Shown piece after piece: positions 20,098 through 31,331 of a DNA stretch of 64,000 nt. The first letter of the stretch is position 1. Each line of letters begins with the position of its first letter. Where the stretch lies: positions 128,001 through 192,000 of the forward strand of contig CAVYZN010000032.1 of assembly GCA_963773065.1 (NCBI GenBank), in the 5' to 3' direction. The translations under genes and the position numbers were made by a program. This DNA comes from an uncultured Gammaproteobacteria bacterium (lineage in GTDB: Bacteria; Pseudomonadota; Gammaproteobacteria; UBA9214). Under the pieces are notes generated by a model. The model saw only the letters and a program-made list of their open reading frames with translations. It was not told the DNA's origin and did no database searches.

Positions 20098-22812
20098 CTA
20101 GTTCCTCCCGCTCTGCCCGTCGAACGGCGACATTTCAAGATCGCCGCGTTCGATGTGGAACGAGTTGGCGACGTGGTCGCGGATCATGCGCAACCAGTCC
20201 ATTTGTTCCTCGTTGAACTTTTCGCTGCCGCCGGAGTGGTGTTTCATCACCCAGTTCTGGAAGTTGCGGCGCACGGTGTCGTCGAAGGTGGAGAGCTTGG
20301 CATCCATGCCGCACACGCGGCGGATGAGTGCGACTAATGCCGTCAGTTCGCTGATGGGCTGTGCTCCCTTTATAGTCATCCAACTGGCAGTAGGCTTGCC
20401 ACACGCGCAACGGAGCGAGTTTGGGTTTGTCGGCTTTGAGCTTGTCCAGCACTTGGCGGATCAGGTCAAAGCTGAGTTCGCGCCGCCGGTAAGGCTGGCT
20501 AAAGAAAATAGTCAGCGCTTCAATATTGTTCTGATTGGTTTTCAGGTAATCGGCGAATTCATCGGTGAGGGCTTGCGCGTTGTTGGCGGCGTCTTTGTCC
20601 CATTCAGCGCGTAACACCTTGTCGATGTTGTCGTGGTCGATGGTTTGTTCCTTGTCGCGGCGGATGGTGTCGATGAAGTTCGACCAGTTCGCCATTCAGA
20701 AGACCCGCAGCGGCACTCACTAATTGCTGTTGCGCCAATTCGCGCTTTGCGTCTCCGGGATCGGTGCCGATGGGTTGCCCGGCAACTCCAGGGCTTTGGC
20801 TTCGATGTTGTCGGCATCGATGGCGGCGAACAGTTTGCCGACCAGCTGGGTGAGTTCCATGCCTCCGGCAGCCTGCCGGATTTGCCGTTGTTCATCGGTG
20901 CTGAGTTGTTTATTGAGACGCGCCAGCCGTCCGGCCAGTGATGACAGTGTCTTCATCCGTCGCGCCCATCATCAGGCTCATAGCCAAGTCTTTGAGCGGC
21001 ACGGTGGGCTTCGTGATGAGCGGCTGGCTGGCGGTTTTCAGCGACTTGGTGACACCGATGGCATCGACAATCACATAGTGGGTCTTGGCACTGACGGCGG
21101 AGGGCGTGACTTTTTTCAGGTCGTCATGTCCAGCGTGCGTGTGCCCCGGCCTTTCATCTGCTCGAAGTAGTTGCGGCTTTTCACGTCGCGCATGAACAGC
21201 AGGCACTCCAGCGGCTTCACATCCGTGCCGGTGGCGATCATGTCCACGGTGACGGCAATGCGTGGATAGTAGGCGTTGCGAAAATTTGCCAGCACCGATT
21301 TAGGGTCTTCCTCGTCTTGGTAGGTGAGCTTTTTGCAGAAGGCGTTGCCCTCGTCAAATTCTTCGCGCACGGCCTGGATGATGTCGTCGGCGTGGCTGTC
21401 GGTCTTGGCGAAGATCAGAGTTTTCGGAACTTCGGTGCGGCCCGGGAAAATCTCCGGCAGTTTTTCGCGAAAGGTGCGGATGACGGTGCGTATTTGATCG
21501 GGATTGACGATGTTGCGGTCAAGCTGCGTGGCGGAATAGGCTTCGTCTTTGTCCTGCTGTTCCCAGCGTTTTTTGCGGGTGAGCTTTTCGCGCTTTTCCA
21601 CTTGCTGGTGCGCATTGATTTGCGCACCCTGCTTGGTGATTGCGGTTTCGATCACATAGATTTCATTGCCGACATTCACCCATCGGCCACGGCTTTTTCA
21701 TGGCTGTAATCGCTGACCACGTTCTTTTTGAAAAAGCCGTAGGTGCGGTTGTCCGGCGTGGCGGTGAGGCCGATCAGGCTAGGCGTCGAAATAATCGATC
21801 ACCTGTTGCCACAGGTTGTAGATGGAGCGGTGGCATTCATCAATAAAAATGAAATCGAAAAACTCCGGCGGAACTTTTCCGTTATACACCACCGGCATGG
21901 GTTTCCTTGGGCTGCGCCAGTTCCGCCGGGTTGATCTCTTCGGCGGCTTCGTCTAACTCCTTGATCTTTCAAAATAGAGTACAGCCGCTGGATGGTGCTG
22001 ATGCACACCTGACTGTCCTTGGCGACAAACGACGATTTGAGCCGCTGCACGGTGTACAGCTCGGTGAATTTGCGGTTATCGTCGAGCGGCACGTAGGACA
22101 TCATTTCCTGTTCGGCTTGTTCGCCGAGATTTTTGGTGTCGACCAGAAACAGGATGCGTTTGCCGTGCGCATATTTGAGCAAGCGGTAAATGGAAGTGAT
22201 GGCAGTGTAGGTTTTGCCCGCGCCGGTCGCCATCTGGATCAGGGCGCGGGGGCGGTCGGCCTTGAACGAGGCTTCCAGATTGGTGATGGCGATTTCCTGG
22301 CAATCGCGCAGGCGCAATTCCTTGGCCGGGCGCTGGTTCGGGTTGAGCGGCGGGATGTGCTGCAAGCGCTCGCGCAAGCTGACACCCTGCGTCAGCCATT
22401 CCTTGAGCGTTTCCGGGCGGTGGAAGTTGAACACCTCGCGTGAACGCGGCTTGGGTTCGCGCGCATCGGTGAAGCGGGTGATGACGCCGGTGCTTTCGTA
22501 GAGAAAGGGCAAAGGCTCCTTGTTGTTGACCCACTTCAGTTTGGCCGCCGCATAGCTTTCGGTTTGTGTTTCATGGGTGGTGAGTCGCTGCCCTTCTTCC
22601 TCGCGCTTGGCCTCGATCACGCCCACCGCTTTTTTGTCGACGAACAGCACATAGTCCGCCGGGCCGACATCGGTCTGGTATTCGCGCACCGCCTGCCCCA
22701 GCCCGGCATTCAGGTCAATTTTCTTGTTGTGCTGAACTGTCCAACCCGCCTGCTTCAACAGCGCGTCGATAGTGTCGCGGGCTTTTTGCTCGGGGTTCTG
22801 GTTTTCAGTCAT
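20098..22812 (-). CDS. hsdR: Type I restriction endonuclease R subunit (multiple frameshifts; extreme C-terminus probably deleted)
   Basis: GPADYVLF..VIEAK nuclease motif, MATGAGKT, DECH, TVDMIATGTDV and EQMKGRG helicase motifs across the ORF pieces. Confidence 0.88.
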
Positions 22813-22943
22813 TTCTTCGAACCTGCATGCAGCACCTGACGGCAATTAGCAATAGGAACAGACAGTTATTATACATGTTCGGCCCGGCGTATAAGGTTGC
22901 CAGGGTAGCACTCATTTGCCCCACACCCTACCGGACACCAAGC

Positions 22944-23453
22944 CCGCGCAGGCGCCGCAAATCGCGGGGCTGATGGGCGTGAACGTCGACACGATCATTT
23001 CGCTGACCTTCGTCATCGGCTCGGCGCTGGCCGCGGTGGCGGGCGTGATGGTCAGCGCCTATTATGGCCTGGCGCATTACTACATGGGTTTCCTGCTGGG
23101 ACTGAAGGCGTTCTCCGCCGCGGTGCTGGGCGGCATAGGCAACCTCGCCGGCGCGATGCTCGGTGGTCTGCTGCTCGGCGTGATCGAGAGTCTGGGCGCC
23201 GGTTATATCGGCGATCACACCGGCGGCTTTCTCGGCAGTCACTATCAGGATGTGTTCGCTTTCTTTGTCCTGATACTGGTGCTGGTGCTGCGGCCAGCGG
23301 GTCTGCTCGGGGAACGTATCGCTGAACGCGCCTGACGTCCTTTCCAGCACCCGCCGGCGCAACGCCTGGCTGGGCTACCTGCTGTTGTGCCTGCTGCTGG
23401 CCGCGCTGCCGTTTATCGCCGATGCCGGACTGGGCCGCTCCTGGGTGCGCGTG
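22944..23453 (+). repeat. 510-bp direct duplicate of livH 3'/livM 5' (original at 11208-11717)
   Basis: Constant offset of 11736; about 11 substitutions counted by eye, no indels seen. Confidence 0.92.
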
Positions 23454-23534
23454 TATGCGCCTCGCAATCGGGAAAATCTGTTCTCGCTCTCCCACCATGC
23501 TCGCTACGATCACCTAAGTCCGACAGGCTGCTAG
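23454..23534. mobile_element. One arm of a MITE-like element ending ...CCTAAGTCCGACAGGCTGCTAG
   Basis: Abrupt junction with the livM copy; terminal CTAG overlaps the stop of the convergent gene; recognised by resemblance only. Confidence 0.45.
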
Positions 23535-26500
23535 TCGCCGCGGCTCACCCAGTCAGGATGCAACGGCAGCAACAGGGGCCCAATCTGTTTGAGCAGTTCC
23601 ACGGGCAGAGAACTCGTGAACTTGAATGCGGCCGCCTGCTCGCCCGGTACATAGGCAGAAACCGCGCCGTAGAAACGATCGCCGATGAAAAATACGAAGG
23701 TTGCCGTACGATTGACCACGCGCTCACGCACCAGCCGTCCCGCTTCATCGAACATTTCCATGCGGTGATCGCCGGTGCCGGTCTTGCCGCCGACCGGAAT
23801 GGTGACCCCCTCCGCGGGATGCAGGCCACCCGCCAGGCGGACCGCGGTACCATGTTCGACCACATCCAGCAGCGCCCCCCGCACGACCTCGGCGATCTCC
23901 ACCGGCAGCACCCGTTCGGGTTTCGAACCCCGGTATCGCAACACCGTGTCATAGGGCGTGTCCGCGGCGAAACGCAGTTCGTCCATCCGGATCGCCGGCG
24001 CGCGGATTCCCCCGCGCAGGATGATCCCCATCAGCTCCGCCAGTGCGGCGGGGCGATCGGCCGAACTCCCGATCGCCGTGGCGTAGGAGGGCGTCAGGTA
24101 AGTGAACGGATAACCCAGGCGAACCCAGGCGGCGTGGATGCTGTTGAAGGCCTCGATCTCGAGCAGGGTGCGAATGCGTATATCCTGGCGGCTTTTGCTC
24201 TTGGTCTTGAACAACCAGGCATAGACGTCGATCCGCTCCTGCGCGCTCGCCGTCGCACAAGCCTCAAAGTTCGCCTCGGGGTACTGCTGCAGGTATGTCA
24301 CCAGCCACAACTCGAGGGGATGTACCTTGGCGAGATAGCCGCGGTCCATCAAGGTGTAGCTATCCGGGCCGTAGTTCCGGAATAGCCGCTCGACGACTGT
24401 CTCGCCCAGACTGGCGCCGGGAAGAGCCCCCTTGAGGAATTCGGCGAACTTGATCTCATCGGCTTCCGGATGGATGCTGCGATAGGCGATGCTGAGCGGC
24501 ACCGGCGCCGCGCGCACGCTGTCCACCAGCAGGTTGAAGCGCTCCGCCGGCGTCTTGCCGGCGTACTTGTGGTAGAACCTCCGCAGGAAAGTCTTGCCTT
24601 CGCGATCGGCGAAGCGCGTCAGGTATTCAACGCGCCGCGGCTCGGCGGCATCCTCCAGCAGGCGACGGCCGCTCTCGGAACGGTTCAAATGGTACCTGAC
24701 GATGTCGCGCATCAGGCGCACGAACGGCAGGTTGATCGAATCGCGGAAGGCCTGCCGGACGGTGACTATCTTGCCGTTGTCCTCCTTTTTGAAGTTGACG
24801 AAGTGGTGCGCGCCGCCGCCGGTGATGAATGTTTCCGCGGGGCTCGCCGAATATTTACGGTCCATTGCGGCATCGAGCAGGCCGCGCAGATCATGCGCCG
24901 GTTTATGGATCAGGTAGTCGAGTACCCAGGCGCGCAACTTGTCCTCCGGCGAGGGTTTGATAGCACGCAGGTCATCGGCGGACAACGGCGCATACTCGTT
25001 GTAGAGACTGGTCATGATCTCAAGGTAATGCACCAGCGTGCGCAGCTTGGCGGTCGAGCCGAGATCCAGCCTGACACCCTCGTTGATGTCGAAGGGCTCG
25101 GGAAAGTTGTCCGCCTGCACGCGCAGCACGTTAACATTGCCCGTCGCCTCATAAAGCGAGAAGCTGTAGATCACCCGCTCCAGGCCTTCCTTGGACTCCA
25201 GCAATCGATGTCCCATCAGATTCGCTTCCTTCACCTGCGCGGGGTCCTTGAGTTCCAGCAGTCGTGCGGCCACCGCCCGCTGAACCGGGTAGTCGAGTGT
25301 GCTGGCGATGCTGAGATCAAGGCGGTCGAGGTCGTAGAAACGCGTGAGACCCAGCATCGACAACAGGCGGGAACGGATCATGTAGGCGGTTTTGGCGGAA
25401 CGCATCTCGTGCGTATAGACGAGCGGCTCGCTGCTGGGGACGGCGAGCCGTTGCGCCAGCACGGCATCGCGGAACAACGGATCGATGATGCCCTCCTGTG
25501 CGAGCAGTCTGACATATTCGTCAACCCGCGCCGCAAGCGTGGGAAAGCCAGTGCGGCCGAGGAAATAGGTCGGTCGCTGCTGCGCGAGCAGCAGGCTCAA
25601 CACCCGGCGGTAGGCGAGCGCACTCTGCTCCAGCAGTTCCACCGGCGGTTTCCCGTGAAAACCGAGCAAGCGGTTTACCTCGCCCGGATCGGCGTCGAAC
25701 CAGACACGCAGACCATCCTGCAGTCCGTGTATTTCGCCATAACCGGACCGTGCGGCGAGCGGCACGCCATTGAGGTAGGCGCGGACGATCTCCCGGCGCG
25801 CTTCCAGGTTGTGCGGGCCACCGAGGTAGGCGCGCAGCGAAGCGCTGAGGACCTGGCGGAGCTTTTCGGCGATCGTTGGGGTTACACCCCGGTCGGAGTG
25901 GCGGAACTTCTCCAGTTGCGTCGCCAGGGTACTTCCCCCGGCGGCGTTGAGGTGTGGATCGAAAACCTGTTCGACCTGATCCGTCAGCGCCTGCCCCAGT
26001 CTTTCCCAGGCGATCGCCGGGTTGCGCCGCGGCAAGTCTGAGTTCACCACGCCGCGATCTTCAATGAAGGCGAGCGTGTCGACGATCAGCGGCGGGATCG
26101 CTCCGAAGCGCTCGTAGATGGCGCGCGGATAGCTGCTGGAGAAGATGGGTGTACCCCGCCGATCCAGGATCTCCAGACCGGCTTGCTGCTTCTCGGGATA
26201 GAGGGGGAAGATCCCCAGGTCGAACGCATGCTCCATCTGCGGTGAAACCCGCGCCTGTGCCTCGATGGCATACCCCTTTTTCTGGAGAGCGGCCGTCCAC
26301 TGGGGAAGATGCGTGTAGCCAAGACGCTGATCGTATGGGCCCGCGGCCGGAAACAGCATGCGCGGATTCGGTCCCGATGCCTGCCTGAATCCCATGTGAT
26401 CCGCAAGGTGCGCCAGTACCAAGGACTGCACATACGAGGTTCTGGCCTCGGCAGCGACGAGAACCGCCGCAACCAGCGCCACGATCAGCCAGAAATACCG

Positions 26501-26629
26501 GCGCGAATCCCGCGGTGGCGGCGCGGCCTGCGCTGGTTCGGGGTTCGAGCCGGCTATGCCCTGCGTGTCGCTGTCAGTGACTTGATTCGGCAGGAATTCG
26601 TAGACGTTGTCCTGGGTGGATGATCGCAT
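23531..26629 (-). CDS. Large bifunctional transglycosylase/transpeptidase (class A PBP-like)
   Basis: N-terminal TM; IEDR, GGSTLATQLEK and EKLRQ GT motifs; STAK, SIN and KTGT TP motifs. Confidence 0.85.
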   Translation of the reverse strand: MRSSTQDNVYEFLPNQVTDSDTQGIAGSNPEPAQAAPPPRDSRRYFWLIVALVAAVLVAAEARTSYVQSLVLAHLADHMGFRQASGPNPRMLFPAAGPYDQRLGYTHLPQWTAALQKKGYAIEAQARVSPQMEHAFDLGIFPLYPEKQQAGLEILDRRGTPIFSSSYPRAIYERFGAIPPLIVDTLAFIEDRGVVNSDLPRRNPAIAWERLGQALTDQVEQVFDPHLNAAGGSTLATQLEKFRHSDRGVTPTIAEKLRQVLSASLRAYLGGPHNLEARREIVRAYLNGVPLAARSGYGEIHGLQDGLRVWFDADPGEVNRLLGFHGKPPVELLEQSALAYRRVLSLLLAQQRPTYFLGRTGFPTLAARVDEYVRLLAQEGIIDPLFRDAVLAQRLAVPSSEPLVYTHEMRSAKTAYMIRSRLLSMLGLTRFYDLDRLDLSIASTLDYPVQRAVAARLLELKDPAQVKEANLMGHRLLESKEGLERVIYSFSLYEATGNVNVLRVQADNFPEPFDINEGVRLDLGSTAKLRTLVHYLEIMTSLYNEYAPLSADDLRAIKPSPEDKLRAWVLDYLIHKPAHDLRGLLDAAMDRKYSASPAETFITGGGAHHFVNFKKEDNGKIVTVRQAFRDSINLPFVRLMRDIVRYHLNRSESGRRLLEDAAEPRRVEYLTRFADREGKTFLRRFYHKYAGKTPAERFNLLVDSVRAAPVPLSIAYRSIHPEADEIKFAEFLKGALPGASLGETVVERLFRNYGPDSYTLMDRGYLAKVHPLELWLVTYLQQYPEANFEACATASAQERIDVYAWLFKTKSKSRQDIRIRTLLEIEAFNSIHAAWVRLGYPFTYLTPSYATAIGSSADRPAALAELMGIILRGGIRAPAIRMDELRFAADTPYDTVLRYRGSKPERVLPVEIAEVVRGALLDVVEHGTAVRLAGGLHPAEGVTIPVGGKTGTGDHRMEMFDEAGRLVRERVVNRTATFVFFIGDRFYGAVSAYVPGEQAAAFKFTSSLPVELLKQIGPLLLPLHPDWVSRGD

Positions 26630-28183
26630 CCTGTACTAATCCATTGGCAGCCAGTAATGAGGGCAAGGATATCTTATAGCGCCTTGCGATAACGAATGGA
26701 TTCTCGCCGTTTCGCACCATATGGTGCCCGGACTTCGACGCTGCGGACGCCACCTCGCGGTTTTTACCAGCGTCCGGGGCCGGCAGTTTTAAGCGCTGAC
26801 CCACATGGATGAGATCCTTGTCCGAGTGCATTGCGTTCAGGCGTCGCAGTGCAATCAGTCCGACGCCCTGTCGGCTGGCGATCGCCCCCAGGGTATCGCC
26901 GGCGCGCACGCGATAAAACTCTGTCCGGGCGCCGGCTTCCCTTTGCACACCCGGGGCGGGCTCCTGAGTGTCGTTGCGAGGGCGACTCGCAATTGTTCGT
27001 CGATCTCACTGATACTGGTCTGTATATCCTGCGGTAGCCAGATCTCGGTGTCGGCGGGCAAGGCCACCTTGCCCCGCAGGGCCTTGTGTGTCCAGGCGGG
27101 ATTCGCGGCCGCGAGCCGGTCAACATCCGTACGCAATAGCTGCGCGAGCCGGGGCGCGGTCGCGGACCTTGGCAGAACCAGCGATTTCAGGTGCACCGGC
27201 GCATCGATTCTCACCGGTGCGTCGAGGTACTTCCCGGGATGACCGAGAATTTCCCGGACCGCGAGAAACTCCGTATAGAAATTGCGGGAGGCGAATCCGA
27301 ACGTATCCGAGTGGTACTCCCTTACGATGCGCTCGAGATCCGGGCCGAACTGCCGCGAGGCGCGCAACACCCCTGTGGTGCCATGGTTATAGGCGGTAAT
27401 GGCCAGTGCCCAGTCACCAAGCGTTTCATGGGCCGCGCGCAGGTACGCCGCGGCGGCGCGCGTAGCGGCGATGGGGTCCAGGCGCTCGTCGAGGGCTTCG
27501 CCGACATGCAGGTAACGGCGGCCCGTCGGGCGAGTGAACTGCCATATACCCGCGGCCCCGGCCGTTGAGTGCGCCGCGAGGTTGAATGAGGATTCGACGT
27601 GAGGCAGGTAGGCAAGATCCGGCGGGAGACCCGCCTCACCGAGTATCGTCCGCATCTGCGCTTCATACCGGCCGCTGCGGCGCACGCCATCGAGAAAGCG
27701 CTCCCGCAGTCCCCGCTGGGAGCGCACGCGCTGCGCGGCATCGCGCACGGCGTCCTGGCCGCCGGCGGCTTCGAGCCGGCGCTGCAGTTCCTGCTCATCC
27801 TCGCTCAGGGGTTCACCCCGCCCGAGTTTGCCTTCAAGCAGCGCCAAGCGGCTGGTCAGTTGATCCTTGCGCGTGTTCAGGTAGCGGAGCTGGGCGGGGG
27901 TCGGCGCCTCATCGACTGCACCGGGCAGTGTGAACACTTCGTAGCGCAACTGGGGGTAATCCGTATCATGCAACATTACCTCGTTCTGCCGCAGTTGCGT
28001 GAAGACATGGATCCAGAACTCGACCTGCGGGCGTAGTCCCGGCACGGGAGGGTAGGAGTTGGTCGTTTCCGAACGGCCTGGGTCGGGAACCTCCGTGTCC
28101 GCCAAGATGCCGGAACACACGGATGCCAGGATTAGCGCGAACACCCTCGGCAAGAGCACCACCGCACGCCCATCCATCGTCAT
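26574..28183 (-). CDS. Lytic transglycosylase with LysM domains, MltD-like (frameshift near 26950)
   Basis: LPHVESSFN, AAGIWQF and LAITAYNHG SLT motifs; two LysM repeats (YRVRAGDTLGAIA, HMVRNGENPFVIA). Confidence 0.88.
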
Positions 28184-29044
28184 TTCCTTTGTCCTTGTTG
28201 GATTTCTTTGTGTACCGGTAACCGGCGATTCCGCTCCTCGGTCAGGTTTTGTCCATCCCACTGGCCCGCTCGCGGCAACCAGCAGAGCGGTTGTAATTCT
28301 ATCAAGCTTTGCCGGTATCTTGAACTCTCATGCGCATCGTTGCCAACACGGCCGGTAGTGCCACCGCAACGCACTCATCTGGACCGTGCGACTGCCGGCA
28401 TCCTGTTGATGGACATTGAGCTGTGAGAGGGTTGTGTACATAAATTCATCCTGGATATCGGCCGGGATTGTCTCGACACAAGGGTGCTGGTGTATCGGCG
28501 CAGTCACGTTAGGCAAACGGGCTGGAGGCGATCCGCTGCGGTGCGCACGGTTATCATCGAGGCTGCCGCGCCGGAGCAGCCAGGAATTCTCGCCGCGCGA
28601 TATCGCGGCGCTGCATCCACCGGTAATTCTGATTGCCAGAGTAGCCACTCCAGTCGGTCATGCGGGCTAACGCGCGAATGCAAAAGGAGAATACCCGCAC
28701 CGACCACAACACCCACCTGGCTTCCAAAAAAACCGGCTATTCATCGTTAATGCCTAAATGGCCTGTTTTACTTGGCGCTCTTGGCGGTTTAGTGGAAAAT
28801 CCGTTCTATACGATACGATTGTATATGAATTATTTTTAATAGAATCAATATATCAAGAGCCTGCCCAGACAATCACACGGTAGATTCCTGCAAAAATCAA
28901 ATTGCATGTCACATTTTTGGCGTTATTATTGAATTACTTGGTATACCCGTGGTACGGGTTACGGCATAACCGCTAGTGAATCGTACCCGGCAATAACAAC
29001 AGGACGATAATAACCGGCAGCATTGCCCCGCCAAGGTCGATACG

Positions 29045-30367
29045 GTGCGTACCCTCAAGCATTTCTGGCAAAGCCTGACACAGCGGATCACGCAGCATGC
29101 ATCGCGGCGGGCCGGGGAACTCGAACGCGAGTTGTCCGCCGCCCGGCTGGAACAGCAAACCCTGCTCGGGGAGTTTACCGGTCTTCAGGCTCATGTCGAA
29201 CACGAGTTGTCCGCCGCTCGGCAGGAAAAGCTAAACCTCCTTGGGCAGTTGACCGGACTGCAGGCCGATATCGAACGCGAGCTGTCAGCCGCCAACGTGG
29301 AGAAGCATGCCCTGCTCGGGCAGTTGACCGGACTGCAGGCCGATATCGAACGACTCAGGAGCCGGGATGAGCAACTATTCGCCGAATTGGGGCAGCAGCT
29401 TCACGAGATCCAGACCGAACGCAACGCCGAGCACCAGCGGGTCGAGGCGCTGCGCACCGCGCTGGCCGATGCCGCTTCCCGGGAGGAACAGACCGAAACC
29501 CGTGTCAATAAGCTGGAGATCAGACTGCGGGAGCAGCACCGGGAGCACCAGGCCGCCCTGCAGGAGTCGCAGGACCAGGAGCGCAGACAGGCCCGACGCC
29601 TGAACGTGGCGATGACGGTGGCCGGCGCCGCCTTCGCGCTCGGTATTGTGGGCAGCGCCACCAATTTCTGGGAGGTTAGGAGCACGGCCCGCCTGCTGGC
29701 CGAGGTGAGTCAGGGCATCAAGAACATCCAAACTGCCATGGGTGGATATCCGGCAGGTCACATGCAGACGCCTTCCAGGGAAGCACCGGCGTCACCGATC
29801 GCAGAACCCGCGCGGGCAAAAACACCTGAATCCGTACCGTCAACCGTCTCCGGATCGTCGCGGGAGGCGGCCGATGCAAACGAGTGGGTGCCTGCGCAGA
29901 TACTGCCGGAGCCTGACTTCATCGCCTCCAGGTCCCTGCCACTTAGCGAACACACGTTTAACAACCGACAGGACGTGCACACCTTCTTCGAGGAGAATGC
30001 CCGACAGCCAGGGGTCGTCACCCTGCCTAGTGGTCTGCAGTACCGGGTACTGATACCCGGCACCGGCAAGCCGCCCAGGAGCAGCGACGAGGTCGTGGTT
30101 GAATACCGTGCCTTCCGTCCCGACGGGACGGAATTGGATAACTCCTTCAAGGAAGACTTGCCGACCACCTTTACCGTCAATGAGGCAATTCCCGCCCTGA
30201 AGGAGGCGCTGCAGCACATGGAAGAAGGCGCCCAGTGGGAGTTGTACATACCTCCCGCGCTCGCGTACAAAGGTGTAAGAAAGCGGGGGCCGCGTGGCTT
30301 TGAACCGCTTATTATGACCGTGGAACTGATTTCGGTCGTTTCACCGGAAACCTCGAACAAACGCTAG
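29045..30367 (+). CDS. Coiled-coil/TM protein with C-terminal FKBP-type PPIase domain
   Basis: GVVTLPSGLQYRVL...WELYIPPALAY FKBP domain; central TM; N-terminal repeats. Confidence 0.8.
   Translation: MRTLKHFWQSLTQRITQHASRRAGELERELSAARLEQQTLLGEFTGLQAHVEHELSAARQEKLNLLGQLTGLQADIERELSAANVEKHALLGQLTGLQADIERLRSRDEQLFAELGQQLHEIQTERNAEHQRVEALRTALADAASREEQTETRVNKLEIRLREQHREHQAALQESQDQERRQARRLNVAMTVAGAAFALGIVGSATNFWEVRSTARLLAEVSQGIKNIQTAMGGYPAGHMQTPSREAPASPIAEPARAKTPESVPSTVSGSSREAADANEWVPAQILPEPDFIASRSLPLSEHTFNNRQDVHTFFEENARQPGVVTLPSGLQYRVLIPGTGKPPRSSDEVVVEYRAFRPDGTELDNSFKEDLPTTFTVNEAIPALKEALQHMEEGAQWELYIPPALAYKGVRKRGPRGFEPLIMTVELISVVSPETSNKR
29123..29352 (+). repeat. Three tandem 75-bp (25-aa) intragenic repeats
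   Basis: ERELSAARLEQQTLLGEFTGLQAHV / EHELSAARQEKLNLLGQLTGLQADI / ERELSAANVEKHALLGQLTGLQADI. Confidence 0.85.
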
Positions 30368-30681
30368 CCTGCGTTGCACACCGGAATAGGCAATTCCCGA
30401 AAACATACCGTCTTTTACCAGGTTAATACGATTACCGTTATCTCAATGCCGTATGTCGTTCTACCGCTGGTCGGTGAGCAACGCGAGCTGCCAGGAAGGG
30501 CAGATTCTTCGATGATTCCACCGGCGCTAATCAGGGCAACCTCGGTTGCGCGGATTTCCGCTGCAGCAACGGCAGGCCGTAACCCCAAGCAGGGTTGCAC
30601 GAGACCCTGATGTCATGTCCGATGGAAACCGGGCACCCGGCATAATGGGTCGGCGCCCCCGCGAGGTTCTTTTCTACTGTG

Positions 30682-31065
30682 TCAGGCTGCAGGGATAGGC
30701 TTCCGCAGGGCCTCGAGCACCAATGATGCGGCAGGTGCGTTCATCTCGTCGCGGTGTTTGGCGGCATAATTCATGTAAGCATCCACCAGGCCGCGCGACG
30801 TCACCCATGTCGATGGACAGACCGTCGGTTTCTCCCCGCGCGTGTGCTCCAGCAGGCGCACGCCCTCTTCGACCCCGCTGATAAAAGCCGCGCAATATCT
30901 GCGGCGTTCGCGTTCTTCGGCGGTCAATGCGCTGGAGTCGCAGGCCGACATGAGCGTACCCGCTCTCACCCGCTGCGGGTATTCGGTTTCCGCATCCTGA
31001 GCCGTACCCTGCGCGCTCGAGGCAACCGGTATCAACAAGGCAAACAGCACGATCAGGTAGTTCAT
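30682..31065 (-). CDS. Rap1a/Tai-like periplasmic immunity-family protein
   Basis: Signal peptide; LMSAC...YCAAFISGV...VCP...YAAKH...AASLVLEAL pattern. Confidence 0.65.
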   Translation of the reverse strand: MNYLIVLFALLIPVASSAQGTAQDAETEYPQRVRAGTLMSACDSSALTAEERERRRYCAAFISGVEEGVRLLEHTRGEKPTVCPSTWVTSRGLVDAYMNYAAKHRDEMNAPAASLVLEALRKPIPAA

Positions 31066-31331
31066 AGTATGATCCTTTCGTTCTCGTTATCATCAGGCGC
31101 CGCTACCGCCCGGAATAGGTCATCGATTGGCAGGGCAGGCATGCCGACGCCGTCCGGCCGTACACTTTCTAGTCTAGTGTCCATCCAGCAAGAAATAAAT
31201 GCACCGCAAAGGCGCGAAGAAAGCAAGCTGTTTAATCGTTTTGTTAAAAAATCCCCAAACACCGGGATCCGGGAACAAACCGCTATGGGAGAGGCGTGCG
31301 AGGCACCATCGACGGCGTCTCATAAACTCGA

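Noticed and set aside
28280-28900. Riboswitch or ncRNA upstream of the lytic transglycosylase
   Set aside because: No recognisable conserved motif by eye; a covariance-model search would be needed.
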